From assembly GCF_902713615.1 (NCBI RefSeq), contig NC_052152.1, positions 37,919,810 through 37,983,809 on the forward strand: a stretch of 64,000 bases of DNA. The letters are read 5' to 3'. The DNA is from Scyliorhinus canicula (taxonomy: Eukaryota). Made by a program: the position numbers and the translations under genes. Under the pieces are notes generated by a model that ran no database searches, was not told the origin of the DNA, and saw only the letters and a list, made by a program, of their open reading frames with translations. Positions within the stretch are counted from its first letter, which is position 1. The number at the start of each line of letters is the position of its first letter. This document shows positions 49,827 through 61,899 of this stretch, in pieces.

Positions 49827-50242
49827 CAGTTTAGCATCAGCTAATAATTTGATTTACCGTTTCCTCTTTAAATGTTTGTCTTTATATTTCTGACTTTGAA
49901 CTGCACAATGGGCCTTGGTGTTAAGTATTGTAATTATGTCTAAAATGGGAGTTACATTTCTTTATTGTAAAAAATAAGTGAATCGGAAAGAAACATTTAC
50001 GTCATTAGAAGTAGATATCAAGTTTTGTTCTTTTTGAAATATTTTTTATTCTCCTCCTTTTTCACATTTTCTCCCATATTCACACCCATCAACAATAAAC
50101 AATAATCAGTAACAGATATGTAAATCCCCATATCAATAACAACGATCCCATCCTCCCACCACACCCCAAACATTTGCCCGCGTATTCACATAAACAAATG
50201 ACAAAAAAGAATCAGGAATCACCCACAGTCACCTTTAACACG

Positions 50243-50417
50243 GTAAGAAGTCTTACAACATCAGATTAAAGTTCAACAGGTTTGTTTCAAATCACTAGCT
50301 TTCGGAGCTAGTTCTCCGAAAGCTAGTGATTTGAAACAAACCTGTTGGACTTTAACCTGGTGTTGTAAGACTTCTTACTATGCTCACCCCAGTCCAATCC
50401 CGGCATCTCCACATCAT
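50243..50417 (+). mobile_element. Third Penelope palindrome (about 65-bp arms, hammerhead core lost)
   Basis: GTAAGAAGTC...TTCGGAG ctagtt CTCCGAA...GACTTCTTAC plus tail; flanked by ACC(T/A)TTAACAC; lies in an L1 3'UTR. Confidence 0.85.
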
Positions 50418-51043
50418 TAACTACCATTAACACATACAGTCCCCTTCCCCGCAACCCTCCCAAACCCCCCCCCCCCTTAAAACTAATGTTCAATGTTATC
50501 CAGTTCTTGAAAGTGCATAATGAATAATGCCCATGAATCGGAGAACCCCTCCATCCTTCCCCTAAGTTCAAACTTCACCTTCTCAAGAGTCAAGAATTCA
50601 AACAAGTCCCCTCGCCACGCCAGGGCACAGGGTGGAGAGGTTGCTCTCCAACCTACCAGGATCCGCCTTCGGGCGATCAACGAGGCAAAGCCTACAACAT
50701 CTGCCTCCGCACCCGTTTCCAACCCCGGCTGGTCCAACACCCCGAATATGGCCACCTGAGGGCCCGGGTCCAGTTTCACGTGCAACACTTTAGAAATTAC
50801 CCGAAAATCTCCTCCTAGTAATCCTCCAGCTTTGGACAGGATCAAAACATATGAATGTGATTCCCACACCATTCACACACATCTTCTACCTCTTCAAAGA
50901 TCCGGCTCATCCTCACTCTCGTGAGATGTGCTCTATATACCACCTTCAGCTGTACCAGCCCCAACCTCGCGCACAAGGTGGAGGCGTTCACTCTCCGGTG
51001 CACCTCACACCAGAACCCCTCCTCCATATCCTCTCCCAATTCT

Positions 51044-51393
51044 TAGAACATAGAACAGTACAGCACAGAACAGGCCCTTCGGCCCTCAATGTTGTGCCGA
51101 GCCATGATCACCCTACTCAAACCCACGTATCCACCCTATACCCGTAACCCAACAACCCCCCCCCCCCCTTAACCTTACTTTAATTAGGACACAACGGGCA
51201 ATTTAGCATGGCCAATCCACCTAACCCGCACATCTTTGGACTGTGGGAGGAAACCGGAGCACCCGGAGGAAACCCACGCACACAGGGGGAGGATGTGCAG
51301 ACTCCACACAGACAGTGACCCAGCCGGGAATCGAACCTGGGACCCTGGAGCTGTGAAGCATTTATGCTAACCACCATGCTACCCTGCTGCCCC
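51044..51393 (-). mobile_element. Young HE1-type SINE nested in the older L1
   Basis: Interrupts L1 ORF2; (TTCTATG)n-type tail; A/B box head. Confidence 0.88.
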
Positions 51394-52140
51394 AAACTTC
51401 CTCCCACTTTGCTTTGATCCCTTTCAGTGGTGCCTTCTCCTCCTCCAAAATAGCTCCGTAAACGGCTGACACTACCCCCCTTCTCCAGTCCCACTGTCAT
51501 CAGCACCTCCTCCAGCAATGTGGAGGCCGGCTCCACCGGGAAGCTCTGTATCTCCTTTCTGGCAAAATCTCGAACCTGCATGTATCTAAACATTTCCCCC
51601 TGCTCCAACCATACTTCACTTCCAGCTGCTTCAATCCTGCAAACCAACCCCCAAGAAACAAATCTTTTAGTGTCTTAATCCCCTTCTCCCATTTCTGAAA
51701 ATTTCCATTGCACGTCTCTGGCTCAAATCTGTGGTTCCCCCGAATCGGCATTTCCCTTGACCCTGCCCCCAACCCGAAGTGTTGGCGAAATTGTCTCCAA
51801 ATTCTCAATGAAGCTATTATTACCGGACTCCCTGAGTATTTCCCCGGAGCCATTGGGAACAGCGCTGTTGCTAGTACCTTCAATCCTGACCCCCTGCACA
51901 AACTCTCCTCCATTCTGACCCACTGGGAATCAACCCCTCTGACCCAGCTCTGCACCTACTCCACGTTCGCCGCCCAGTAATAATACATCAGGTTCGGAAG
52001 TCCCCCTGCCTTCCTTCCCCTCTGTGGCAGCACCTTTCTAAGTCTGGCCACCTTCCCTCCCCATATGAACGAAGTAATCATTCCTTCAACCTCTCTGAAG
52101 AATGCGTTTGGCAGGAAAATCGTCAGGCATTGGAAAATAA

Positions 52141-55100
52141 ACATATGGGCATGGTTTGCTGGACTCCCCGAACACCTGACACACCTGTCTTCGTCCCCAA
52201 AGAACCTACTCATCCTAGACCCGGACATGTGGGCCCGGTGCAGCACCTTAAACTGGATGAGGCCAAGCCTCGCACATGAAGAGGAGGAGTTCACCCTCTC
52301 CAGGGCGTCCGCCCATGTCCCCTCCTCAATCTGCTCCCCCAGCTCCACTTCCCACTTAGCCTTCAGCTCCTCTATCGACGCCTCCTCCACCTCCTGCATC
52401 ACCTGGTAGATGTCAGACACCTTCCGAGCCCCGACCCACACCCCCGAAAGTACCCTATCCCTGACCCCCCGCGGGGGCAGCGAAGGGAATCCCTCCACCT
52501 GCCGCCTAGCAAACGCCTTGACCTGAAGATACCTGAACATATTCCCTGGGGGGAGCTCAAACTTCTCCTCCAATTTAACAAGGCTCGCAAACCTCCCGTC
52601 AATGAACATGTCACCCAACTTCCTAATGCCCGCCCTGTGCCACCCCAGGAACCCGCCATCCATGTTCCCTGGGACAAACCGGTGGTTCCCCCGCAGCGGG
52701 GCCTCCACCGAGCCCCCCACTTCCCCCCCTGTGTCGCCTCCACTGCCCCCATATTTTGAGGGTAGCCACCACCACCGGGCTCGTAGTGTACCTCGTTGAA
52801 GGGAGCGGCAGCGGCGCCGTTACCAGTGCCTTCAGGCTCGTGCCTTCACAGGACGCCACCTCCATCCGTTTCCATGCTGCCCCCTCCCCATCCATTACCC
52901 ACTTGCATACCATCGAGACGTTAGCCGCCCAATAGTACCCAGAGAGGTTGGGCAGCGCCAGCACGCCTCTATCCCTGCCCCGCTCCAAAAAGACCCTCCT
53001 TACCCTCGGAGTCCCGTGTGCCCAAACAGATCCCAGAATGCTGCCGTTCACGCTCCTAAAAAAGGCCCTCGGAATGCAAATGGGGAGGCACTGAAACAAA
53101 AACAAGAACCTCGGGAGCACCATCATTCTAACGGACTGTACTCTACCCGCCAACGACAACGGCAGCATGTCCCACCGTTTAAATTCCTCCTCCATCTGCT
53201 CCACCAACCTAGTAAAATTGAGCTTATGCGGAGTCCCCCAGCTCCTAGCCACCTGAACCCTCAGGTACCTAAAACTCCTCACTGCCCTCTTTAGCGGGAG
53301 CCTACCAATCCCCTCCTCCTGATCTCCCGGGTGTACAACAAACAGCTCACTCTTGCCCAGGTTCAATTTATAGCCCGAGAAACTCCCAAACTCAGCAAGA
53401 ATCTCCATCACCTCAGGCATTCCACCCACCGGGGCTGCTATATACAACAGCAAGTCGTCTGCATACAGCGACACTCGGTGCTCCTCCCCACCTCGCACCA
53501 AACCCCTCCACCTCCTCGACTCCCTGAGAGCCATGGCAAGAGGCTCAATTGCCAACGCAAAAAGCAAGGGGGACAGGGGGCACCCCTGCCTCGTCCCACG
53601 GTGGAGACTGGAGTACTTGGACCTCCTCCCATTTGTCGCTACACTCGCCATCGGGGCCTCGTACAGCAACCTCACACATTTGATAAACCCCACCCCAAAC
53701 CCGAACCTCTCCAACACCTCCCACAAGTACCCCCACTCAACCCTGTCAAAGGCCTTCCCCGCATCCAATGCCACCACAATCTCCGCCTCTCCTTCTGCTG
53801 CCGGCATCATTATCACATTTAGCAACCTTCGCACGTTAGTGTTCAGCTGCCGCCCCTTCACAAAACCCGTCTGATCTTCATGTACCACACCCGGCACCCA
53901 GTCCTCTATTCTAGTGGCCAAGATCTTTGCCAGCAACTTGGCGTCTATATTCAGCAGTGAAATTGGCCTGTCTGATCCGCACTGCAAGGGGTCCTTATCA
54001 CGCTTCAGGATCAGGGAAATCAGCGCCCGAGACATCGTCGGGGGCAAAACACCCCCCTCCCATGCCTCGTTGAAGGTCCTAACCAACAGGGGGCCCAGCA
54101 TGTCCGCGTATTTGTTATAAAATTCAACCGGGAACCCACCAGTCCCTGCGGCTTCCCCGACTGCATGTGGCTAATCCCACTGACCAGCTCCTCGAACTCG
54201 ATCGGCGCCCGCAGTCCTTCCACCTGCTCCTCCTGCACCCTTGGAAATTGGAGCCTGTCCAAAAAACTCTCCATTCCCCCTCCCACCGCCGGCGGCTCCG
54301 ACCGGTATAGTTCCCTGTAAAAGTCCCTAAAGACCTCATTGACCTCTGCCCCCTGTCGCACCACATTCCCACCCCTATCCTTCACTCCACCGATCTCCCT
54401 AGCCGCGTCCTGCTTACGAAGCTGATGCGCCAGCATCCTGCTCGCCTTCTCTACATACTCATAGACCGCTCCCTGCGCCTTCCTCCACTGTGTCTCTGCC
54501 TTTCTGGTGGTCAATAAATCAAACTTGGCCTGCAGGCTACGCAGCTCCCCCAGCAATCCCTCCTCCGGGGCCTCCGCGTACCTCCTATCCACACTCAACA
54601 GCTCCCCCACCAGTCTCTCCCTCTCCCTCCTCTCCCCCCTCTCCCTATGGGCTCGGATGGAGATCAGCTCCCCCCTAATCACTGCCTTCAGAGCCTTCCA
54701 CACCCGGACCTCTCCCGTATCATTGACCTCGAGGTACCTCTCAATACATCCCCGAACCCTCCTACACACCTCCTCATCAGCCAACAACCCCACGTCCAGA
54801 CGCCAAAGCGGGCGCTGGTCCCGCACCTCCCCCATCTCCAGATCCACCCAACGCGGAGCATGGTCCGAAATCGCAATAGCCGAATACTCGGCCTCCTCCA
54901 CCCTCGGGACCAGTCCCCAACTCAAAACAAAGAAATCAATGTGGGAATAAGCCCTGTGCACATGGGAGAAAAAAGAGTACTCCCGAGCCCTCGGCCTCCC
55001 GAACCTCCAGGGATCCACTCCTCCCATCTGGTCCATAAACCCCCTCAACACCTTGGCCGCCGCCGGCCTCCTGCCTGTCCTTGAACTAGAACGATCCAGT

Positions 55101-56140
55101 AGGGGATCCAGCACCGTATTGAAGTCTGTCTTCCCCCCCCCCCCCCCCACATGATCAAGCCCCCCACCTCCAGGCCAGGAATGCGGCCCAACATACGCCT
55201 CATGAAACCAGCATCATCCCAATTTGGGGCGTACACATTTACCAACGCCACCCTCTTCCCCCTGCAGCTTACCGCTCACCATCACATATCTGCCGCCACT
55301 ATCAGCCACAACCTCAGACGCCTCAAACGCCACCCTCTTCCCCACCAGGATCGCCACCCCCCGGTTCTTCGAGTCGAGCCCTGAATGGAAAACCTGCCCC
55401 ACCCACCCCTTCCTCAGACGGACCTGGTCCGCCACCTTCAGGTGGGTCTCCTGGAGCATGGCCACGTCCGCCTTCAGCCCCTTCAGATGTGAAAACACCC
55501 GGGCCCGCTTAACCGGCCCATTCAACCCCCTCACGTAATCAGCCGGATCAGGGGGCACCCCGCCCCCCTCCCCCGTCGACTAGCCATAGACCATCGACTG
55601 CTCGCCCCTGGCCAGCACCCATTCGGCCCGTTTCCTATCCATCTCCTCAAACCGATCATGCCACTTTTTATGAAGCGCCTCGTGTATCTCCACCTTCCCC
55701 ACGAGGGCCGAAACCTCCTCCTCGCGCTCAGAGGCCTGCTGCTGCAACTCAAGTATCGCTGCACCCTGGGTTGTCTGGGTCTCCAGCAGCTTACTAGTCG
55801 TCACCTTCAGGAATTCCAACAACTCCCCTTTCAGCTCTGTAAAATAACGCAGAAGGGCCGCCTGCTGCTCCTCCGCCCACTGCCTCCACTCCTCAGGGGC
55901 TCCACCGGCCGCTATTTTGTCCACCTTCCCCTGCTTTTCCAGGGGAGCTGCTGCCATTTTTCTCCTCGCCCCACTCCGAGTCCGCACCATACATTCCGGG
56001 GGGGTTTTGCTCCAGACCCCTTGATCCACCGGGAATCGTCAAATCAGCGCCGTTTGAGGCCCTTAAAAGAGCCCACAAGTCCTATTAAAGCGGGAGCTGC
56101 CGAACGTGCGGCTTTGCTCCGCATAGCCGCAACCGGAAGT
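52141..56140 (-). mobile_element. L1 copy B (same subfamily as A): 5'UTR, partial ORF1, EN-RT; 3' end absent
   Basis: Same 5' end (CTTCCGGTTGCGGCTATGCGG); 492-aa RT ORF 52623-54101 with YADD; about 1 kb internal deletion at about 55637 relative to A. Confidence 0.93.
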
Positions 56141-57089
56141 CGGGTTTCTATTATTCTATGAACGACCCTCTGAGAATAAATTCCTGTTCAACTTCTGTTT
56201 AAATGGGAGACGCCTTGGTTTAAAACAGTTCAAGTCTCTCCCACGAGGGAAAACCTCTTCAGCTTATTGTCTCATCTGAAGGATAGCATCTCCAGCAATG
56301 CCAGGCTGTACAAGTGCTGGAGTTAAATGTTCAATCCTGTGATCTGATTCAGAAGTAAAAGTGCTACCACTAACTGGAGGTTGACATGTCACCAAAGAAG
56401 AGTAGAGATTTCTGTTGACATCCTGACCAATGTTTATCTTTCAACCTAGATCACTTAAGGTCTTATTTCTAAATATGAGGCCAACTATTTTCGACCAAAA
56501 TGTAATAGATCCAGGTTATGTAAATTATGCAAAGCTTGGAACAGTGACAGTTCTAAAAACTAGAAATTCAGTTGTCCTGTGAGCAATGCTCACAAACTTG
56601 GTATACACGTAGCATTAATATATATTTAATGCTTTCTTACTTCATTGTCTCTGTCAAACACAAGCTTATTTTGCACACGTTCTGCCAGCTTCTGGATTAT
56701 GTCTCCAAAATATTTAGCCCTCTCCTGATCCCTCTCCCTGACTTTGTAATTCTCATGGGGAGTTTTAGAAATGAATCCACATACTCTTAGTGGGCAACAG
56801 AATGCAATGGTGTACAAATTATACTGTTTTGTTGTATAAGTTACCGACTCTGGTATTTTAATAATTTGCGGACGAAGTCTTGGAAATAGTGATATTTTTC
56901 GAGCACCTCTCATATTGTATGGTTTTGTATAATTCTATGTTTAGACTTTTGTAATACAGGATATCCGACAGTTTGTTATGATGTGAATATTCACATTTGA
57001 GCACTGATAAGAAAGTTTAGCGCACAGAGAATTAAATGTCTGCAGAAACTGAGTAACATGTTAATTTTGATTTTATTTTCATTTTTCAG

Positions 57090-57232
57090 GTCGAGTAGTT
57101 GATTTATCAGGGATGGGATTGCAGCATTTGGATACAGTTTCTCTGTGTGAGACAAATATGATTACTTTGATTCTGGACAAGAACCAGCTGACTAAATTGG
57201 AAAGTGTGGAGAATTGCAGTGATTTAGTACAA
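57090..57232 (+). CDS. CEP97: CEP97 coding exon 2 (143 bp; first LRR); gene continues right of the window
   Basis: tttttcag|(S)RVVDLSGMGLQHLDTVSLCETNMITLILDKNQLTKLESVENCSDLVQ|GTACGT; resembles CEP97 VVNWSGQGLQKL...TLILDKNQIIKLE. Confidence 0.88.
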
Positions 57233-58931
57233 GTACGTGGTACCATTTCTTAAAACTTCAGATTTTAAAGGACATCACCATGGGCTTGGAAGGATTTTCT
57301 CATGGTGCTCAATTCTTAGACTATCCTCTCTGCTTCAGAGCCATTGTTATGGATGAATGGAAAGTAACATTTTATTTGGACTGCATTGTGAAACACTGTT
57401 TTATTTTTGTATTTTGCTCATTTGTTCAGCAGACCTAATTGGGGATGTAGCTGTACAATTTTCACATTTCCTTGTAAAGTTAGGTGCAAGTTGCTTTGAT
57501 ATGATCAAGGAGCTATAGCAGAAAAACAGTTTTGCAAAGTCTGTTTGAAAGACATTCACTTTCCTTCAAAAATGTAATCCAGAGTTTTTTCTTGGACCTG
57601 TTCCGGGTCAATATCTTGCTTTAGTTGTATTCAGTTAAAATTGGAGTTAAGATATGATGATAATAGCTTGCACAACAGGTATGATCAGAAATATATCTTG
57701 GTAGAGCATGTATGTATCCTAAGTTGACTGTAATACCTGTCACTTTCTGGTGTTTTATTCATCCCACTGTACATTTCCCATGTACTCATGTGCTGGGTTG
57801 CATTATGGAGTGGAATTTAATGGAGTAACATTTACAGAAGTAGCACTAAGCAAAATGGTCACTTGGTAGTATAGAACTTGAATATTACTAAATCAAGAGA
57901 CAAGTTGAGAAGTTTATCAACTTGCATCCATTAGGACAAATACAAAATGCCAAATTTCCAACGATCAGAACAATTTTTACAACAGAGAAAAGGGATGCTA
58001 TTTGATTGGTAAGCCAACTCTGATTGGCTGAGGCCTTGTAATAGCGAAAGCAGCAGAGAAGTATCGGATTAGTAGGCCTCTGGGCAATTGAAAAAAGGCA
58101 CAAGATTTGAACATATTCCTATTTGTTTGCATATGAAGGGTTCTTGTGCAATCATCTGCGAACATCTCCACTTCTAGTTGAGCCTAGGACACTACTCGGA
58201 GGAGCTTCTGCATTGACTTCAATTTTGCCAGGGCTCCTTGATGCCTCACACAGTCAAATGCTGCTAAAATGTCAAGGCAGACTCACCCCTCACCTCTTAG
58301 TGAAGCTCTTTGAATTAAGGCTGTAAATGGGAGAGGAGAAGAGTGACCTTGGCAGATCCAAAACAGCATCAGTGAGCAGGTTATTGCTGAGCGAATGTCG
58401 TTTGATGGCACTAGTGACGATTCCTTCCATTACTTTCCTAATCATTGAGAGTAGGCTGATGGGGGGTAATTGGCTGTGTTAGATTTGTCCTGCTTTTTGT
58501 GAACAGCTTATATCTGGGCAATTTGCCATATTGTTGAGTAGATGCCAGTGTTCTAGCTGTACATGGTCAGGAGTGTGGCTAGTTCTGAACCACAATCCCT
58601 CAGTACTATTGCCAGGATGTTGTCAGAGCGCATAGTATTTGGGGTTCAGCCAATTTTTGATACCATGTGGAGTGAATTGAATTGTCTAAGACTGGCAGCT
58701 TGTGATGCTGGAGATCTTGGGAGGAGTACGAAATAGATCCTTAACTTAATTGTTTTGCCTAAAGATGTTGCAAATGCATCAGCCTCTTTCGCACTGATTG
58801 GTGGGGGAGCTGAGCACGTTGGGAATATTTGTGTGTTTCCCCTCTTGTTAATTGTCCACCACTATTCATGATGGGATGTTTTAAGACTGCAGATCTTTGA
58901 TCGCATTGTGGTGTTGTAGGATTGCTAGGCT

Positions 58932-60662
58932 CAGGGTTTTTCAAACTGCTGATCACGAAGGGCAGGTGGGTTGCGGGAGGGTCATGGAGCAATCGATCGC
59001 AGCATTCCCGATCGTGGGAGAAGCACCCAACTGCCGCGACCAGCTTTTAAATTGAGAATGCTGGCTGTGACCGGCTTTTAAATGGAACGATGGAGTCTTC
59101 GGCCAGAAGCGGTGGCAGAGGGCAGGTCACGTACCTGGGATGTACGCTGACGTCACGTGCTGTATATTTGTGCTTTTGGCGTGACATCATGCAGAAGAGA
59201 TTCCTTAATTTTCTTGCTGCGAGAAAGCAAGGCAACAGGACTGTAAAGAACTGAAGATGGATTGTTTTAAACAAAGAGACAACAGAAATTGAGAATAAAG
59301 AAGTACAAATATGATTTCTTGAAGTATGGCTTTGTTAATTGTGCCAAATCAGGACGCAAAGCCCATATGTGTTATACGCAGGGAAGTACGGGCAAGTGAG
59401 AGTTTATTTTAAAAAAATATTTTATTTGTATTTTCCAATGTTAACAATTTAACAATTAGACATATAGAACACATATATTTGCAGAATAAGACGTTTCTTG
59501 TGTACAATTTCCATGTACCCCTTTCTTTGGCCCGCCTCCTTTCCTTGCTCCCCTTGTTGATAGTCGGGCTCCATCTGAAAAATGAAATGAAAATCGATTA
59601 TTGTCACAAGTAGGCTTCAATGAAGTTACTGTGAAAAGCCCCTAGTCACCACATTCTGGTGCCTGTTCGGGAGGCTGGTACGGGAAGGCTTGGCACCTTC
59701 TTCCGTCATGGGTGTTGTATTGTTGTATTCTTTAATTTTATGATTGTTGCTGTTAACCATATGGCTTCGTTGGAAGGGGCTCTTTGCACCCCCCCCCCCC
59801 CCCTCGCTTTTTCCCATGTCCCTTCCTGATCCTTCCCTGGGTTCCTTCCTTGCCGCCCCCTCCTCCCTTGTTCCTATCTGTTCAGTGCAATCTTGTCCGT
59901 GCTCGTTGGTTCCCCCCCCCCCCCCACCCCCCCCCCCCCCCATTTCACTATTAGCTTTGAACAGATCTTGGAACAGGCAGATGAATAGCCCCCACGCTTT
60001 GTGGAAACCCTTGTCCAACCCTCAGTTGGTGTATTTGATCTTCTCCAGGTGGTGAAATTCTGACAGGTCTGCCAGCCAGTCTGCAGCTGAGGGTGGTGCT
60101 GCTGATCATCAGCTGAGCAGGATTCTTTGGTGTGCGCTAAGGAAGCAAGGGCATTGGCCCTCTTCCCCATATGCAATTTGGCTGGTCCAACACCCCGAAG
60201 ATTGTCACTCTCGGGCAGACCTCCACCCTCACCCCCATAACCTTGGGCATCACTTCGAAGAAGGCTGTCCAGAACCTGAGAAGTCTGTGGTAGGCTCAGA
60301 ACATGTGGGCGTGGTTGGCCGGGCCTCCCTGGCACCGTTCTCATTTATCCTCCAACTCCGGGAAGAACTAGTTCATTCGGAATCTGGTTAGGTGGCAAAT
60401 GAGAGTTTAAACCCCTCAAACCTTTAAAGGCATTTGAAGACTATGCACGGCGAGTTTGAGGACAAACTTTTTTTCAAAGAATGCAACTTAAATCATTAGC
60501 GGAGGTCCTTAACAGAAATATGACGTTGAATGACAAAGCAAGTGAGATAATTAGGACCAAGCAGGCTCACCTGTCGCATTAAAGGTAAGTGAAAATGGTG
60601 TGTCCCAAATGTTGGCCGATTGGTAAAAATGGATTCCAGGAAAAAATGTTTGAAAAACACTG
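58932..60662 (+). mobile_element. Internally deleted hAT (Buster/Charlie-type) DNA transposon
   Basis: TIRs CAGGGTTTTTCAAAC / GTTTGAAAAACACTG; BED-finger remnant (DFLKYGF...KPICVI...ANESLNPSNL*RHLKTMH) split by the L1; C-terminus KQAHLSH* at about 60560-60582; 8-bp TSD degraded. Confidence 0.8.
59407..60393 (-). mobile_element. 5'-truncated L1 3' fragment inserted into the hAT element
   Basis: 16-bp TSD GGCAA(G/A)TGAGAGTTTA (59391-59406 and 60394-60409); ORF2 C-terminal remnants; A-rich tail; nested SINE fragment. Confidence 0.85.
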
Positions 60663-60808
60663 GCTTAGTTCTGCCTACTGCATGCTGCTTTCGCTGTTTG
60701 GCGTGCAAGTATTTTTGTGTTGTAGCTTCACCAGAAGATACCACAAGGTGGTGCCACATCACAGGAACCAGACTTTCTGCTCCTTGTTTTAGTTTTTAGA
60801 CTTCAGCT

Positions 60809-61074
60809 TTTCTTAATTTGTCAAGTTTTTATTTGTAATCAAATTGTTTTATCTTTTTTCTCTTTTTTTGTGTGGAGTGGGTGGTGTTTTTGAAGCAGGA
60901 CTGCGATTTTTAGATGGTGGAGATGAATGGAACTGCTTGGGCAACTGTTTCTTAATTTGTCACGTTTTTAGTTTTAATGAAATTGGTTTATCTTATTTCT
61001 TTTTGTGAGGGGTGGTGTTTTTGAAGTAGGACTGATTTTTAAATGGCGGAGATGAATGGAGCTTCTTGGGCAAG
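60809..61074. repeat. Degenerate tandem duplication, about 139-bp period
   Basis: TTTCTTAATTTGTCA...GGTGGTGTTTTTGAAG...GAGATGAATGGA...CTTGGGCAA occurs at 60809 and 60948. Confidence 0.8.
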
Positions 61075-61626
61075 TGTAAGGCTGGGTGGTGTGACACCAT
61101 CATAAGATTTGGGTAGGTGCCAGGGGAAAACAGGGTTTCACCAGAACTGGAATGGGGTGATGGCGAATGTGTGGCTTTGCTGGGGCAGAGTGGTGGTGAG
61201 TGCAAGGCTGGCTGGGGAGGGGGTGAGTGCTTAGCTTTGCTGGGGCTGAGGGGTAGTGAGTGCAGAGCTTGCTGGGATTGGGGGAAGCACAGCTGCCAAG
61301 GATGAGAATGAATCTACATCTACGACCAGCAGGCTCTGCTGAAACTTGCATGATCTGCCTATGGGTGGGGGTTGATTTAAATTCCAACTGTAATTCTATT
61401 GTGCTGGAGAGGACTACAGCGTGAAGAATAAATAGTAGTAGCAGTCATTACTTAATAACTGGAGGCCTTGCTGGATATAGTGCAGTTGGAGGCAGGACAC
61501 AGGGGAGTGAAATAAATATATATACATCAGTTTTAAAAATAAAAAAAATACTGTTAGACTCATAGGCTTATATGACATGTAAATATACTGATAATATATA
61601 AATTTATTCCTTCAAAGGAAAGGGGA

Positions 61627-61865
61627 TGTAGTGACATTGTGCTATGTTGTAATCCACCGACTGACCACTAGGAGTCTCACTAGTATACAAATGAATGTTA
61701 GTCAGCTGACACCTTAGACTGCCTGGAGGAAGCTGGAGAGATGTTGCTTGTGCTTGGTCTTACTGTTATTCATCTGTTTTGTATATAGTTTACCCACAGT
61801 TAATGTGAATAAATTGTTTATAGCTTGTAATATAAATCAGATCATCTGACAAAAACATTTACAAC
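61627..61865 (+). mobile_element. Possible short solo LTR
   Basis: TGT...ACA ends, TATA-like motif and AATAAA in order; no convincing TSD. Confidence 0.35.
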
Positions 61866-61899
61866 GCGGTCTCTATTTCAATTCAGGCCGAATGTCGTC

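Larger units (their letters stand above)
50031..52140 (-). mobile_element. 3' part of a different L1 subfamily, with nested SINE and Penelope palindrome
   Basis: ORF2 C-terminal fragments (LPNLMYYYWAAN, RGNHRF, LKVVYRAH, FASLIARRRIL) clearly diverged from A/B; AATAAA and A-rich tail near 50030-50050. Confidence 0.85.

Noticed and set aside
52623-54101. 492-aa RT ORF as an active or domesticated gene
   Set aside because: The host element has frameshifts, an ORF1 deletion and no native 3' end; the open frame reflects young age.
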